Origin: Eledone cirrhosa
Taxonomy: Eukaryota
DNA length: 64,000 nucleotides
Reading direction: 5' to 3'
NCBI GenBank assembly: GCA_964016885.1
Contig: OZ024741.1
Coordinates: 73,656,001-73,720,000 of the forward strand
In this document: in pieces, positions 1 to 15,681 of the stretch
Layout: the number at the start of each line of letters is the position of its first letter
Numbering within the stretch: position 1 is the stretch's first letter
Program-made: the position numbers and the translations under genes
Notes under the pieces: generated by a model
Told to the model about the DNA's origin: nothing
Database searches by the model: none
What the model saw: only the letters and a program-made list of their open reading frames with translations

Positions 1-728
1 TATTTTTTTTCTCTTCGACGCCTTATTGACTTCTCCGGTGGGGTTTTGAAATGCTGTAGCATTGTTTTGTGATACGTTGCCTTCATATAGATTTTTGTCC
101 TTACTTTTCACCTCGGTCTTTTTATCAATTTTCTTCGTCACCGTCCTGTTCAAAACTTTGGTTGCACCGGATTTTAAATTGTTTCCACTTCCTATTATTG
201 TTTTTTGCTTTCTTATTGCTTTCTTGACATCAATTTTAACCTGACTAGACACCATCGATTTTGTAGTCTGGCTATTAGTCCCTGGTTTTGATATGCCCTC
301 GGCAGCCAGTGCAATGCTTTTATTCTTATTTCCACCTGTCATCACCGTATCTTTCTTCTTTTTCTTATTTTCCTTCTTCCCCCTACCTTCCTTCTGTGCG
401 ACCGGTGTCAGAAGGTAGAAGACACAACAAGACTGCGTCATTAATTCATCTGTATCACTTGTCTGTTTCTTTCTTTTGGCATTTTTTCTACGAGATTTAA
501 ATCCAGATAATGCTTTCTTCTCCGCATTTCCTCCAATAATGTTTTCACCGCGTTTCCCTTTTCTGATCAATCGGTTATAACGATCTCCACGTACTTTCGG
601 AATATCTGATCCCCTGCCTGTTATTTTCTTCGGATGTTTGTGACTATTAATTACTCGAAATTTCATCCTACGTTGTAGCAGATCATTGCTGCTGACTTCA
701 TCTGATATATAAGAATCATTTACCATTT
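1..728 (-). CDS. Candidate host-gene coding exon, Lys/Arg-rich low-complexity protein, runs off the window edge
   Basis: Manual translation gives no stop on the minus strand from 744 to 1 (248 codons): MVNDSYISDEVSSNDLLQRRMKFRVINSHKHPKKITGRG...KKENKKKKKD...ASKRKKI. Pyrimidine-rich acceptor TCCTTCACAG ends at 729 and an ATG lies at 726-724. It is absent from the ORF track, presumably because it has no stop in the window. No recognisable domain. Confidence 0.55.
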
Positions 729-1385
729 CTGTGAAGGATTTACTTCAAGACGTCGTATGAAACCATTGCATTTTAATCACCTATTATGACGTCATTCAAC
801 TATGAATACTCTACAATTTCTTTGCCATTTTAGTTCGTCATTTTTGCTTAAGATGACTGCGACTGTCAAGAAACGTGACACAAATCCTTCACATTTTTCT
901 GATTTACTCGATTGTTGTTGTTGCTGTTGTTCTTGCTATTGTTCTTGTTGTGAGACTATACCGAATATTACAGGAAGATGTATACCAGTAAGAACGAAAA
1001 TCCCAACAAACATAATGTATCTTTTTGCATCTATATTATTCTGCCTGTCAGTGTCACTATGGGCCAGTTACTCTTCCTACACTATAACTATATTTATCTT
1101 TATCTTTATTGTCACTTTATATATCTTTGCTCTTTGCTGTCTACTATGAATTTTCAGTAACTATATTTTCACCCTTATTTAGTATTATATATTCCACTTT
1201 ATTTTTATTTTTATTCATATTTTTGGTTAGTATTTCATTTACATTCATGTTTCTTTTAAAGTATTCTATTTCTATGAATGACGTTATCAACGTACATGTA
1301 TTTGATTCCGCACAAAATAACAGATATTTAATATGTGTGTGTGTGTGTGTGTGTGTGTGTTAATATATATATATATATATATATA

Positions 1386-1478
1386 CAAGGTGTTCCCAAA
1401 AATCTATACATACTTTGTATGTATATATGCAATATTTATTAGAATACTGTTGAAGTGTGTATACATTTTTGGGACACC

Positions 1479-1481
<3 letters not shown>
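1386..1481. mobile_element. Tiny Tc1/mariner-like MITE
   Basis: About 28-bp imperfect TIRs (CAAGGTGTTCCCAAAAATCTATACATACTT / AAGTGTGTATACATTTTTGGGACACCCTG) flanked by TA. Second copy at 19472-19573. Confidence 0.75.
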
Positions 1482-1561
<80 letters not shown>

Positions 1562-1639
1562 CTTATGAATATATGTATGTAGGTATGCAAGTATGTATGT
1601 ATGCATGTATGTATGCAAGTATGTGTGTATGTAAGAATT

Positions 1640-1689
<50 letters not shown>

Positions 1690-1693
<4 letters not shown>

Positions 1694-1739
1694 CGTTTCG
1701 TTTCGCTTTTTCTACCCGCCGAAATGCGATTCTCGCTGA

Positions 1740-1745
<6 letters not shown>
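1690..1745 (+). mobile_element. Short end fragment of the ~600-bp terminally redundant family
   Basis: Reverse complement of 55086-55141 (ATAAATTCAGCGAGAATCG...GAAACGCAA), embedded between (TA)n tracts. Confidence 0.75.
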
Positions 1746-1784
<39 letters not shown>

Positions 1785-2314
1785 AGCGAAAATATGACGG
1801 AAATAAGTGACAGAACTGCTTACGGAAATAAACAACATAACTGTTTTATACCGGACAACTGAATAAACCACTGATCTAAAACGACCTGGCAGCTTTTTTA
1901 ACGTCAAGCTTACCTTATGTGTGCGAGGCGCTACATATTCAGACATTAGTAAGAAGTGCATCCATTACCTTGGGATAAAGAACGAGAAACATCTGTTGAT
2001 ACATACGAAGAAAGAAGATATCCGAAGTGAAATGTTAGTAAATGTTTCATATGATATGGGATATATCCAATAAATGACAAAATCCAGATATATATTTATC
2101 TATCAGCAAGAGAATTTTTGAATTATGTATCCCCCGATAGCATTATTGAGCCAAAGTTTAATATAATATTTGATGTGTTACCGACACAACCTGTATATCG
2201 GAGAGATGCCCCATGATACTAGATGTGTTATAATTACTTTTGTACCTGGAAGGATTGTACCTATGTTACCAATGAATATTTCAGTTATTTGGCTCATGGA
2301 AACGAATATATATG

Positions 2315-2385
<71 letters not shown>

Positions 2386-2389
2386 TCTT

Positions 2390-2429
<40 letters not shown>

Positions 2430-2431
<2 letters not shown>

Positions 2432-3540
2432 TTTTTTTTTCGCATTTAAGCGCGCCCGTAACCTCCGTGACCTCCTGGTACTTAGTTCCTTCTTGTCCTC
2501 TCCTACGACTCACCGCGGCCCTTATCCTTATTCTCGCCCCCGCTGTAACACCTGTCCTTTATTTCGACCCTCACTACTCTCACAGGCCCCAACGGGTCAT
2601 TCTGTATCCGCCACTCCTTCACCTGCACCTCCACTTATATTGTCTATGCTCTTTGGTGTTCCCTTTGCAGATCCTTATACATAGGGCAAACGGGACGCCG
2701 TTTGGCGGGCCGTTTTGCTGAACATTTGAGGGACATACATTCGGTTTGGATACTCCCGTCGCTCGTCATTTCCGTTCTCCTGGTCACTCTTCCCTACATG
2801 TCTCAGTCCTGGGTGTCCTTTTACATCACGGATCACACGCTTCGCGCACTAGGACTGAACAGAGTCTGATTTAACGCCTTGGGTCCTGTCTCCCTCATGA
2901 ACTCAATTCCCCTTCCCAATTCCTTTAATACCCCGTCCGTTATCACACACGCAATTGTACATTCACCCCTGTATTCCTATGGCTCTCTTATGGTCAGAAG
3001 CATACTCTTACAGCTGATACAGACCGACAAAATACGCACAATCCACTGTTCCCTTCACAGCTTTGTACACACAAATACACACCCATATATTAACATACTT
3101 TTGCTCATAGCTTCGTACTTACAAGCACACACACACACACACTCTTTTACTTACAGATACACACACACATCCTGTTAGCTTCGTACGGACGTATAATAAC
3201 ACACACACACACACACGCATGCGCGCGCGCACACACAAGTATAGCTCTTTATACAGAACGGTTTTTTTTCATTTCAGGTAGACACGCTCCATCATCCACA
3301 TTTCTAAAAAAAATATATCATACACAAAACGCCTGCATCAACAGTTTTCCAAGAGATGGGCAACAAGTTCCATCTTGCAACATTTCAAAATCAATCTTGC
3401 TTTTGGAAAAACACAACATGAAGCGTGTTTCCAGTTTCAATAAATATATTCCACTCTAATATTTGGTGTTGAGATCATTTTTAAGTAGAAGTACTTTATA
3501 TAAACGAGCAAAGAAACAATTATCTCCTTGTATATTTCTG
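2430..3540 (+). mobile_element. Penelope-like element remnant (Neptune-type GIY-YIG endonuclease plus 3' region)
   Basis: Frameshifted translation [13 protein letters not shown]...RPRCNTC...[20 protein letters not shown]...PVARHFRSPGH...RTEQSLI*RLG...PHELN. The 3' region shares CAACAGTTTTCCAAGAGATGG with 42600. Confidence 0.8.
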
Positions 3541-3567
3541 TCTCAGTATATATATATATATATATAC

Positions 3568-3659
<92 letters not shown>

Positions 3660-3799
3660 ATATATATATATACATATATCTATCTTTGCTACGGCCCTTG
3701 ATAAACCTGTTTCTTCATCCACTCTCATCCCAGGAACAGTTTTGATAGCGCCAGTTTGTGATTTAAATTCAGGAATTTTATATTCTTTGAATGAAAAGA

Positions 3800-3883
3800 A
3801 CCTTCTGACGAGAATCTTTCTTTGCAACGAAGGCCGTATGGTCTCCGTTTTATTTTTGGGATTCGAAACCGATCGGTAAAGGT
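3800..3883 (+). ncRNA. Type I hammerhead ribozyme, canonical core
   Basis: ACCTT-CTGACGA-GAATCTT...GGGATTC-GAAA-CCGATCG-GTA-AAGGT: helix I ACCTT/AAGGT, 53-nt helix II region, palindromic helix III ACCGATCGGT, GUA triplet. Confidence 0.85.
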
Positions 3884-3950
3884 AACTATAGTAGGTAAAG
3901 TCAATTTTTTTAAATTTATTTTGAAACTTTTTCATTATTTGCTAAACCTT

Positions 3951-4004
<54 letters not shown>

Positions 4005-4007
<3 letters not shown>

Positions 4008-4396
4008 AGTTGAAAAAAAAAAAAAAAAAACGAAATTTCATTTCTCACTCTTAGTATGGCACTTACTTAAATGTAAGTATGTATGTATACGTACATACAT
4101 ATATGTATACAGACGTACAGTAGCATGCATATATATATATATATATACATACATATACATATATACATACAGGTACATATACATATATGCACGCATCAGT
4201 TTAGCGGACGCTTATTATAACGCCGCTTTGTTCGTTTGTAAACAAACTGAACAGCCTGAATTTATGCCATACACCGTATGGCATAAATTCAGGCTGTTCA
4301 GTTTGTTTACAAACGAACAAAGCGGCGTTATAATAAGCGTCCGCTAAACTGATGCGTGCATATATGTATGTGTACCTGTATGTATATATGTATATG

Positions 4397-4452
<56 letters not shown>

Positions 4453-4902
4453 TGCTACTGTACGTCTGTATACATATATGTATGTACGTATACATACATA
4501 CTTACATTTAAGTAAGTGCCATACTAAGAGTGAGAAATGAAATTTCGTTTTTCTTTTTTTTTTTCAACTTATCGTTTTCGGTATGCCTGACCGATTTAAC
4601 TCACTCAATATGCAAATTAGGCTGCTCAGCCGTTAATTTTCATAAGGAAAGTATATACTTTCGAACGTTCAACTATCTGGCAGATGGGTAAACGGTGCTG
4701 ATGATAGCTAACAAGCTTGAAACTAGTACATCGTTCCTGTGTCAGTGTTGAACAAAAAGGTGACGTGGTTGCCTTAACACCGTATGGCATAAATTCAGGC
4801 TGTTCAGTTTGTTTACAAACGAACAAAGCGGCGTTATAATAAGCGTCCGCTAAACTGATGCGTGCATATATGTATGTGTACCTGTATGTATATATGTATA
4901 TG

Positions 4903-4938
<36 letters not shown>

Positions 4939-4992
4939 TGCTACTGTACGTCTGTATACATATATGTATGTACGTATACATACATACATACA
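4005..4992 (+). mobile_element. Non-coding hammerhead-bearing element (family B): fold-back arm plus ~1.4 tandem units of ~506 bp
   Basis: Inverted arms 4005-4272 / 4276-4572 with a 3-nt loop. Direct repeat ACACCGTATGGC... at 4271 and 4777. One hammerhead per unit. Flanked by (TA)n. Confidence 0.8.
4692..4734 (+). ncRNA. Minimal type I hammerhead ribozyme
   Basis: ACGGTG-CTGATGA-TAGC.TAACAA.GCTT-GAAA-CTA-GTA-CATCGT: helix I ACGGTG/CATCGT, helix III palindrome ACTAGT. Confidence 0.8.
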
Positions 4993-5279
<287 letters not shown>

Positions 5280-5358
5280 GTTAATTGTTTAAGCGTCAGT
5301 CATACAAAAGTGAGTTACAAACGAAACGAAATTTAATTTCGTTTCGTTATTTGTTTTT

Positions 5359-5400
<42 letters not shown>

Positions 5401-5402
5401 CA

Positions 5403-5890
<488 letters not shown>

Positions 5891-5902
5891 ATATATATAT
5901 AT

Positions 5903-5990
<88 letters not shown>

Positions 5991-6204
5991 ATACATATAT
6001 ATATACATATATATATACATATATATATATACACACACACATATATATATATATATATATTCATGCATATGTATATGCACACATATATACACACGTATAT
6101 ACATACACAGACATTAAAAAGACTGTGGGGGGGGGGGGCATCAACCAAGGCCAACCACACCCAGACAAGCAGAAGATTTTGGGCAAAGACAACCGGAACA
6201 CAGG

Positions 6205-6900
6205 CATCCACATGTCCTATCACTTTTGTTGGAAAGAATCTGAAGAATGTGAACGCCTTTGATTACCTTGGCAGCAACGTGAACCATTTTTCATCTCTGG
6301 ATGATGAGATCGTCAATCGCATCACCAAAGCAACCGACGTATTTGGCAAACTATATCATTGTCTATGAGGTATCAGAGGTATATCCCTGAAAACGAAAGT
6401 TGCAGTTTATCGTGTAGTGGTACAGGAAACACGCTTATACGGCTCCGAGTCATGGACTCTTTATCGCACCCATATAAGCTTCATGTCTTCCACAAACATT
6501 GTTTTCCCTATCTGTGGTTATGCTCATTCTAACGAAGTTTCTAATGCTGATCTGTTCCCAAGGTGGGATCAAGTTATTTCTGATGCAATCCCAACTCAGA
6601 TGGCCTGGTCATGTCCTACGGATAACTGAGGACCGAATACACACAGTACTGTTGTGGAGTCATCAATGGTGCATCTTATGTAAGCAGATCATTATTCAGA
6701 TATAAAGACAAACTGAAGTACAATCTTTAATCTAGTGACTGTGGAAATGGAGAGCTGTCTGCGATGGAGGTATAAAGAACTTTAAAAAATCTCAACTGGT
6801 CAACCTTCCATCCTTCTCTGCTCAAAATCTTGACGTCTTCACTAAGGGTGGCTTGATGTGTAAGTCAGCAACTAGACTGCAGTGCCATTATTAAAAAATG
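6205..6900 (+). mobile_element. RTE-clade LINE, decayed 3' fragment
   Basis: FDYLGS...[22 protein letters not shown]...LYGSESWTLY, QLRWPGHVLRI motifs across frameshifts. Confidence 0.8.
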
Positions 6901-6989
6901 AAAACATTTTACTTCAACACTTGTTGATTGTAGCGAGGTTGCATTTTTTGTCCATTTTCATCTGTGTACATGCAGGAGATGTTTCTACA

Positions 6990-7520
6990 GTTTATAGGAT
7001 TCTAAATGAAAAGGAAAATAACCATAAACTTAAATTAAGTATGTAGCAATAAGTTTACATGGGTGATTTGTTTACATTGTTCGTACAAAGAAGTAATTGA
7101 TATCACGGTGTGAGGTGAGCTTTTCGATATTTATTTGATAATTCGGCAAGTTAATGAGTTAACACTAAGATTCTAATGCAAGGTTCATTGCATTGTTGGA
7201 TCAGTGCTAGTTTTGTTGGCGAGTAGTAAACACGCTGTTTCTCGTCAAGTTTCGTCCGTTGTTATAAAGTTATGAAATAATTCTCTTGCCTTTTGTTTTT
7301 CATTACCTGAATGGGTTCCGGAAATGATGTAAAGACTCAAAGGCTCGTTAAAATAAAATTGATTGATTGATTTCGCTTTACATATTTTACAGTGAATAAG
7401 AAAATGGAAACCAGAAAGGCCATTTGGCAGCTTGAGAAAAAGCCCGAGCGGGAGTTACCTCAGACTCGACCTTCCTCCAAACAAGTGCTCTTGTGTTTTC
7501 TCTATCATCATGTCGAACTC
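6990..7520 (+). mobile_element. 5' fragment of hAT-like DNA transposon
   Basis: Colinear homology with 39430-39937, which continues into a decayed transposase. Includes a putative start METRKAIWQLEKK. Confidence 0.6.
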
Positions 7521-7539
7521 TTGATCCAGGGTGAAGCCT

Positions 7540-8415
7540 TTCTCTTTTATCTTGTCAACTGACGTACATATTCCAGGAAGAATATGGGTAGGTAGGAAGC
7601 CTTTCAGAAAGCTAGCGACGATGTCGAAAGACTGAGTCGCTATCTGAGATCATGCCATGCCTTGGATACCTTTGTACAGCATCATTATTATCAATTTCTT
7701 TTGGTATGCCATATGCCAGAAGTATTTCCTCTATTTTGCCTGTGTGTTGAGTAAAATGCCTTCAAGAAATCAACAAAGAGAAATGCTTTGAAATTTCTTG
7801 CTCGAACTCCCTCTAGGATTCGTCGAACTGTCAAAATTTTGCGAGGACAGACCTATTCTTGCAGAAGCCATTTTGGTTCTTTCTCAGCACCTTGTCAACA
7901 TCAGAGCGTATGCGATTGAATAGCATTACATTATAAATATTGGGGGCTGTAGCCATAAGGGTAATTACTCTATAATTCTTGATGACACCCAGGTCAATTT
8001 TCTTTGAGATGGGGAGGATGCATGCTTTTGTCTATTTCCCAATGCAGCTTTGATTGTAAACAGCGTTGCAGAGATGGAGGAGGATATGATCAAACTTTCC
8101 CGCCTTCCATACCTCGGGGGTGCTGGGAGGGATTTCATCCAGTCCAGCTGCCCCTCCGTTCATCACTAACTTCATAGCTATCTCTAGTTCGTTATTAGAG
8201 AATGCTCCCTGTTGAATGTCTTGTTGATGGTGAATGATGGTTTCGATTGGATTAGTAGTGATCTCTGCTGGCTTTCCGAGAAGATTTTTGAAGTGATCTC
8301 TCCATAAATTTAGCCTTTCCTCGTCGCTTGCAAGATTTAGCCTGGACTTTGAGGAGCCTTTTGTGTCGCTAATTTCGTTTAGTCTTCCATACCACCGAGG
8401 CTTGTTTGCTTTCAA
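7540..8415 (-). mobile_element. RTE/RTE-X-like LINE RT fragment
   Basis: ERLNLWRDHFKNLLG...GAAGLDEIPP..EVWK in the ORF track. Downstream decayed NYRVITL, LRKNQNGF, RRILEGVR and FVDFLKAF motifs. Confidence 0.75.
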
Positions 8416-8434
8416 CAGAACACTTGATATTTTC

Positions 8435-8513
<79 letters not shown>

Positions 8514-8637
8514 TATATTTATAACAGTAAACGACACAGTACAATAAAGAAATTTATTAGTTTTACGCTTGATATATATGTACACATACATATTCACATA
8601 GAACATAGATATATACATGCATATGTATATATATGTG

Positions 8638-8694
<57 letters not shown>

Positions 8695-9366
8695 GCAAAT
8701 ATATATATATGCATATATATGCATGTATATACACACACACATTCATACATGTTATTCCTGTTATCGATATGATTGCTGTTGTTTTTGTTTTTGTAGATGT
8801 TAATGCTCCTTTCGGAATTACATTTACGGTCGATACTGTTGCTTGTTTTTACTGCTGTTCTTCTTAATGTCAAGCTCGTTGTTGATGCTATTGTCGTTGA
8901 CGTAGCATATTAACCCAGATTCGATTGGGTCTGTTGTATGTTGCAGTTATATCGTTATTTCTCAATAGGAAGAATTTCAATGCCTTGCCATAAGATATCT
9001 AGATTTTTTGTTTATTTTTGGCCGTTTGGCTTTTATTGCTTTTTATGGGATCTATATATTTTTTATTTATTTATTTATATATTTATTTATTTATCTATTT
9101 GTTTATTTATTTATTTATTGCTGCGGTGGGGTCGCGTGGTGTGTTGGGAAATTAAAAAGACAAGATTTTGCAATATATCAATTTCACATCTATTATTATT
9201 ATTATTAATTTTATTATATTTTTTTATTCTGTATCTGTGTGTATATATATATATATATATACTGTATATATATATTTATATATATATATACACATATATA
9301 TATGTATATATATTTATATGTGTGTGTGTGTATATATATATGTATGTATGTATGTATATATATACA

Positions 9367-9453
<87 letters not shown>

Positions 9454-9597
9454 TTGTATTGAGAGAGAGTGAGAGGGGTGGGAAATAGAGAGAGACAGTG
9501 AAATAAATGTAATAAATGTATGCATGCGTATCTACATTTATACAAACTCATTCACACAAAAAGGTGCCTACACACATCATACAGCTACATATAGGTT

Positions 9598-10383
9598 TTC
9601 AAACATTCTTCTAACGTATCACAAGATGTTAAGGTATACTTACAGGTTACACTATCAACTGAGATGAGGGTCGGACGCCATGCTTTGACGCATAGAGTTA
9701 TGGCCCTTGCCACTCTGAGTTTAAATCCCGCCGAGGTTAACTTTGCCTTTCATCCTTACGGGGTCGATAAAATAAAGTACCAGTAATCTACTGCGGTATT
9801 GCTGGCCTTGCGCCAATAGTAGAAACAATTAATATAATATATTGTGTAAATTATTTTTTTTAATGTCATGGCCTCCAACGGGAAACGAACCACTCTATGC
9901 ACCTAACAAAGGAAGGGTATTAAATATTGGTTTCTGATTTAGGCACAAGGCCAGCAATTTTGGGGGAGGGGAAAGTCGATTAAATCGACCCCAGTGCGTG
10001 ACTGGTACTTTATTTTATCGACCCCGTAAGGATGAAAGGCAAAGTTTAACCGCGGTGGGATTAACTTTACCTTTTATCATTACGGGTTCGATAAAATAAA
10101 GTACCAGTAATGCACTGGAATAATTGCTGGCCTTGTGCCTATACTAGAAATCATTATTAGATAACACTCTATCTAGCTCTACACCTCGATACTGACGTCA
10201 ACCAATATTTAATACGCTTCCTTTGTTAGGTGCATGGCTTGGTTCGTTTCCCGTTGGAGGCCATGACATTTTAAAAAATAATTTACACAATATATTATAT
10301 TAATGTTCATATAGATATCTCAGTTGATAGTGTAACCTGTATACTTTAACATCTTGTGATACATTAGAATAACGTTTGAGAAC
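9598..10383. repeat. Old inverted duplication interrupted by SINEs
   Basis: 9598-9933 (split by a SINE at 9663-9828) is the reverse complement of 10200-10383. The spacer is filled with SINE pieces. Confidence 0.7.
9663..10158. mobile_element. Cluster of three tRNA-derived SINE pieces (9663-9828 +, 9929-10060 -, 10060-10158 +)
   Basis: Shared core TTTGCCTTTCATCCTTACGGGGTCGATAAAATAAAGTACCAGT and 3' end GGCCTTGTGCC...AGAAA. Confidence 0.85.
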
Positions 10384-10472
10384 CTATATGTAGCTGTATG
10401 ATGTGGGTAATATTAAATATTGAACATTCTACGAGAGACTGAACATACTTTTTGGGTATTCGAAATTTATTC

Positions 10473-10563
<91 letters not shown>

Positions 10564-10587
10564 CATATATATATATGCATATGTGTC

Positions 10588-10632
<45 letters not shown>

Positions 10633-10641
10633 GCATATATG

Positions 10642-10672
<31 letters not shown>

Positions 10673-10713
10673 ACATATAAATATATATACATATATATAT
10701 ATCTATATGTGTG

Positions 10714-10761
<48 letters not shown>

Positions 10762-10812
10762 CACACATATGCATATATATATATATACACACATATGTAT
10801 ATATATATATAA

Positions 10813-10844
<32 letters not shown>

Positions 10845-10845
<1 letters not shown>

Positions 10846-11004
10846 GGAAAATGTTTAACTCCTGCGGCAGAGCTCAAGCCGTCCAAACGGCTTGAGCTCC
10901 GCCGTCGGGGTTAAACATTTTCCTATTACCCACTCTACTACCCTAAGTATTGAGTACTCTGGTACGTTATGGTCCATCTGGTTCCTTACTACACTTCCTT
11001 CGTT
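10845..11004 (+). mobile_element. Family A fold-back insert (hammerhead 3' half plus tail)
   Basis: Palindrome AGGAAAATGTTTAAC...GTTAAACATTTTCCT plus an ~80-nt tail ending CCTTCGTT(AT)n. Homologous to six other copies. Confidence 0.8.
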
Positions 11005-11202
11005 ATATATATATTTATATTTTTACCTTACACATATATAAGACAACTATGTCTACACACATGAACATATGTGTACACACGCACATCACATATGTATATA
11101 TATGTATATATATATATATATATATATTGTATCTATCTATATATGAGAGTATCCGCTCACCCACATGCATACATACACCACACACACACGCACATATATA
11201 TG

Positions 11203-11293
<91 letters not shown>

Positions 11294-11784
11294 ATTCATG
11301 TGTAAATGTATATAAATTTACACGAAATATGTTAGTGTCAAACACATGGAGAAAGTGACATTTCTATAACGTTTAACATATTTATACGTTTTCATGAGTG
11401 CGCGGCGTGTGTATGTGTTCGCGTGTGTGTTTGTGTTCGCATCTGTGTGTTCTCGTACGCGTGTTTTGTGTCTAAATGTGTGCGTGTGTGTGTGTGTGTG
11501 TATTCACGTGCGCGTGTCTGTATGCATGTTTGAGTATGTATGGAAATGTAATTGAGTTATATCCAGCTATAGCTACATCACCTCAGGCCACAGAGTTTCT
11601 GTGTGTTGGCCATAAATTAAATTAAAAGCCAAATTCACTTGTTCAGTCCCTCACACCTCAATGTCACTCACAAACAGACTGCTTGCTTCAGTCAGCTGAA
11701 CTAGAAGTAATGTTTGTCTCACTCACTTTCTACTTGACTCTATTCAGCTGTGTCCCATTCTATATACACATGTTTCTATGTACG

Positions 11785-11802
11785 TGTATATATATATATA
11801 TC

Positions 11803-11879
<77 letters not shown>

Positions 11880-11951
11880 ATCATATATATATATATCGTA
11901 TATATATATATATATCTTATATATATATATATATATCATATATATATATAT

Positions 11952-11990
<39 letters not shown>

Positions 11991-12120
11991 TATATATATA
12001 TATATATCATATATATATCCTATATATATATATATCTTATATATATATATATATCATATATATATCCTATATATATATATATCTTATATATATATATATA
12101 TCATATATATATATATATCG

Positions 12121-12152
<32 letters not shown>

Positions 12153-12433
12153 TACATATATACATATATACGTATATATATATACATATATACACATATA
12201 TATACATATATATATGCATATATATACATATACATATATATATATATACATGCATATATATATACATATATATACATATATGCATATATATACATATATA
12301 TATATGCATATATATACATATATATACATATATGCATATATATACATATATATATGCATATATATACATATACATATATATACATATATACATATACATA
12401 TACATGTGCATATATATTTATATTTATACATAA

Positions 12434-12470
<37 letters not shown>
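11785..12470. repeat. Compound TA/TATC/CATA microsatellite
   Basis: Direct inspection. Confidence 0.95.
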
Positions 12471-12753
12471 ATACAAGGACGAGTGGTTACTCCTTCATTA
12501 CGTTTACTGGTTGGTGACGCGCGTTTCGCTACTGATCTGCTCAAGGTTCGATCTGTATCGATCTAGCCCGACTCTGGAATTAAAAGGTCGTCGGACTTCT
12601 GTAGTAATAATGACGTTACCACTGCAGAGGTAACCATTCATCCTTCTATTATTATATTACACTCTATATAAATCTACACCTCGATACTAACGTGAACCTA
12701 AACATTGAGTGCTCATCTGGGTGAAACTACAGTGACTTCGCGTTACACTCCCT
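12469..12753. mobile_element. Family D fold-back insert
   Basis: Long arm with a minus-strand hammerhead, hairpin centre at about 12594-12632, short arm to 12652 inverted to 12469-12491, tail to 12753. Relatives at 15680-16208, 28575-28745 and 10161-10203. Confidence 0.75.
12513..12597 (-). ncRNA. Type I hammerhead, CCGACGA core variant
   Basis: Minus strand: AGT-CCGACGA-60 nt-GAAA-CGCGC-GTC-ACC, palindromic helix III ACGCGCGT. Homologous to 28610-28694. Confidence 0.6.
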
Positions 12754-12760
12754 GTATATG

Positions 12761-13864
<1,104 letters not shown>

Positions 13865-14079
13865 TATTTACGTATCGAGAGAGAAAAAAAAGGGGGAGGA
13901 TAGGTGATACATATACTTATTTGCCAAGTAGTGTATGCCAAAGGTGCTCGATACTAGTGCCGGCAGTATTAAATATTCGAAGTGTTAATATTTAGTGGGC
14001 TAGAGAGTTAGCAGAGCGTAAGCACGTGGGAAAATAAGAAATCGGAGAATAGTCCGTTAAAACATGTTTATTTAAAACA

Positions 14080-14119
14080 GCACCTACGTACGTTTCGCCC
14101 AGTTGGGCTTCTCAAGGGC
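14080..14119 (-). ncRNA. Minimal hammerhead, U3:A8 core variant
   Basis: Minus strand: GCCC-TTGAGAA-GCCC.AACT.GGGC-GAAA-CGTAC-GTA-GGTGC, helix III palindrome ACGTACGT. Confidence 0.7.
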
Positions 14120-14471
14120 ATAAATAATCAAAAGTGTTCCTTACATTGCTCGGAAAGAGTTTTGGGGGTTAAATCCACGTCAAGGTTCATTGCTCGCAAA
14201 AATAGCTTGTTTTGATTTTGCAGCAGGTAAAGGGAGGTAACTCTGTCCGGTGTTAGGGCAGTCTTTCCCGGACAAATTTTTTTTATCTGCTACGAGATGA
14301 GGTTACAACCTTACCATTGTCGATACGCATGTAATCAACGCTTATTTTGAGAGTTTTTTTTGGCGCATCTGTTTGTCTGAGTCGTTTGAGACTGGGTCTG
14401 GTATGCAAGGATTGTTTCCTGGGTGTTATTTTGCAGCGCCTGCCCGCCGGGGTGTTAAGACTTGTATATAA

Positions 14472-14529
<58 letters not shown>

Positions 14530-14569
14530 TTCAAAATATTAACAAAATAGATATTCTTGTGATCAATTA

Positions 14570-14636
14570 TATTTTATTATACATATTTCAGAGGTACTGA
14601 ATTAAGTTCAACAGTACGTCCTCATCAGATAAAATA
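14570..14636 (-). ncRNA. Type I hammerhead (family E-like)
   Basis: Minus strand: TATTTTAT-CTGATGA-..GTACTG..CAGTAC..-GAAA-TATGT-ATA-ATAAAATA, 8-bp helix I. Confidence 0.7.
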
Positions 14637-15389
14637 AAATGATACATGACATACCCTGACATTGTAGATGGTTAAGATTCAGTCATTGTAGGGATTAACT
14701 TATGACAAAACTCAATATTTATACCCTAATATTGAGAACATGATATAACATAATACAAACATTAGAGAGTGTGCGTGAAATAGAGTTTAAGAAATACATG
14801 GCATCAATATACCAGTTATAAAATTTTTTTTAATTTTTAAAAACTATTGGAGAAAGAGGAGAGAAAGGAAAGCATAGAGGAAGAAACAGCTCATGTGGTA
14901 ATATATTTAGTAGGTGGCTTGAAAAAACAGATGAAAGGTGATTAAAGAGAGAGAGAGACAAAGGGGAGTAATTTATGTTCAAGTTCATATACACAGATTT
15001 CCATATATGCAAACACATGTCCAAAATAATATAGTTGGCGGTTAATTTTCAAAATATTTAATTTAAGTTATTTCAGGGTAATGAATAATATTTTAGGTTT
15101 TAAAAGTTAATAGATATTTGTATTAATATTATAATATAATTATGTTTAATTTCTAAAATTCAAATTTTATGAAAACAAATTTAAAGGATTTACGAAACAC
15201 GTATTTCGTAAATCCTTTAGACTTGTTTTGATTATTCAATTCCTGTAGTAATAGTGATTTATTTCACCAACCCTCAACATTTTTATACCACAAATAATAT
15301 TAAATACTCCAGAAAAATCACTGTCGAGTGCTTCTAATCTATTGTAAAATTGTATTCGTTGAATAATCACCGAACCATATAAACTTTGG

Positions 15390-15464
<75 letters not shown>

Positions 15465-15480
15465 ATATATATATATATAT

Positions 15481-15646
15481 AACGAAGGAAATGTGGTAAG
15501 GAACCAGATGGACTATAACGCACCAAAGTACTCAATACTTAGGGTAGTAGAGTGGGTAATAGGAACGAATAGGACCCCGACGGCTGAGCTCAAGCCGTTT
15601 CGACGGCTAAAACGGCTTGGGCTCAGCCGTCGGGGTTCTACTCGTT

Positions 15647-15650
<4 letters not shown>
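15481..15650 (-). mobile_element. Family A fold-back insert
   Basis: Tail on the left; palindrome TAGGAACGA...TCGTTCCTA; in (TA)n. Confidence 0.8.

Positions 15651-15679
<29 letters not shown>

Positions 15680-15681
<2 letters not shown>

Noticed and set aside
795-1070. PolyQ-like minus-strand frame upstream of the candidate exon
   Set aside because: Interrupted by stop codons and not contiguous with the 1-744 frame.
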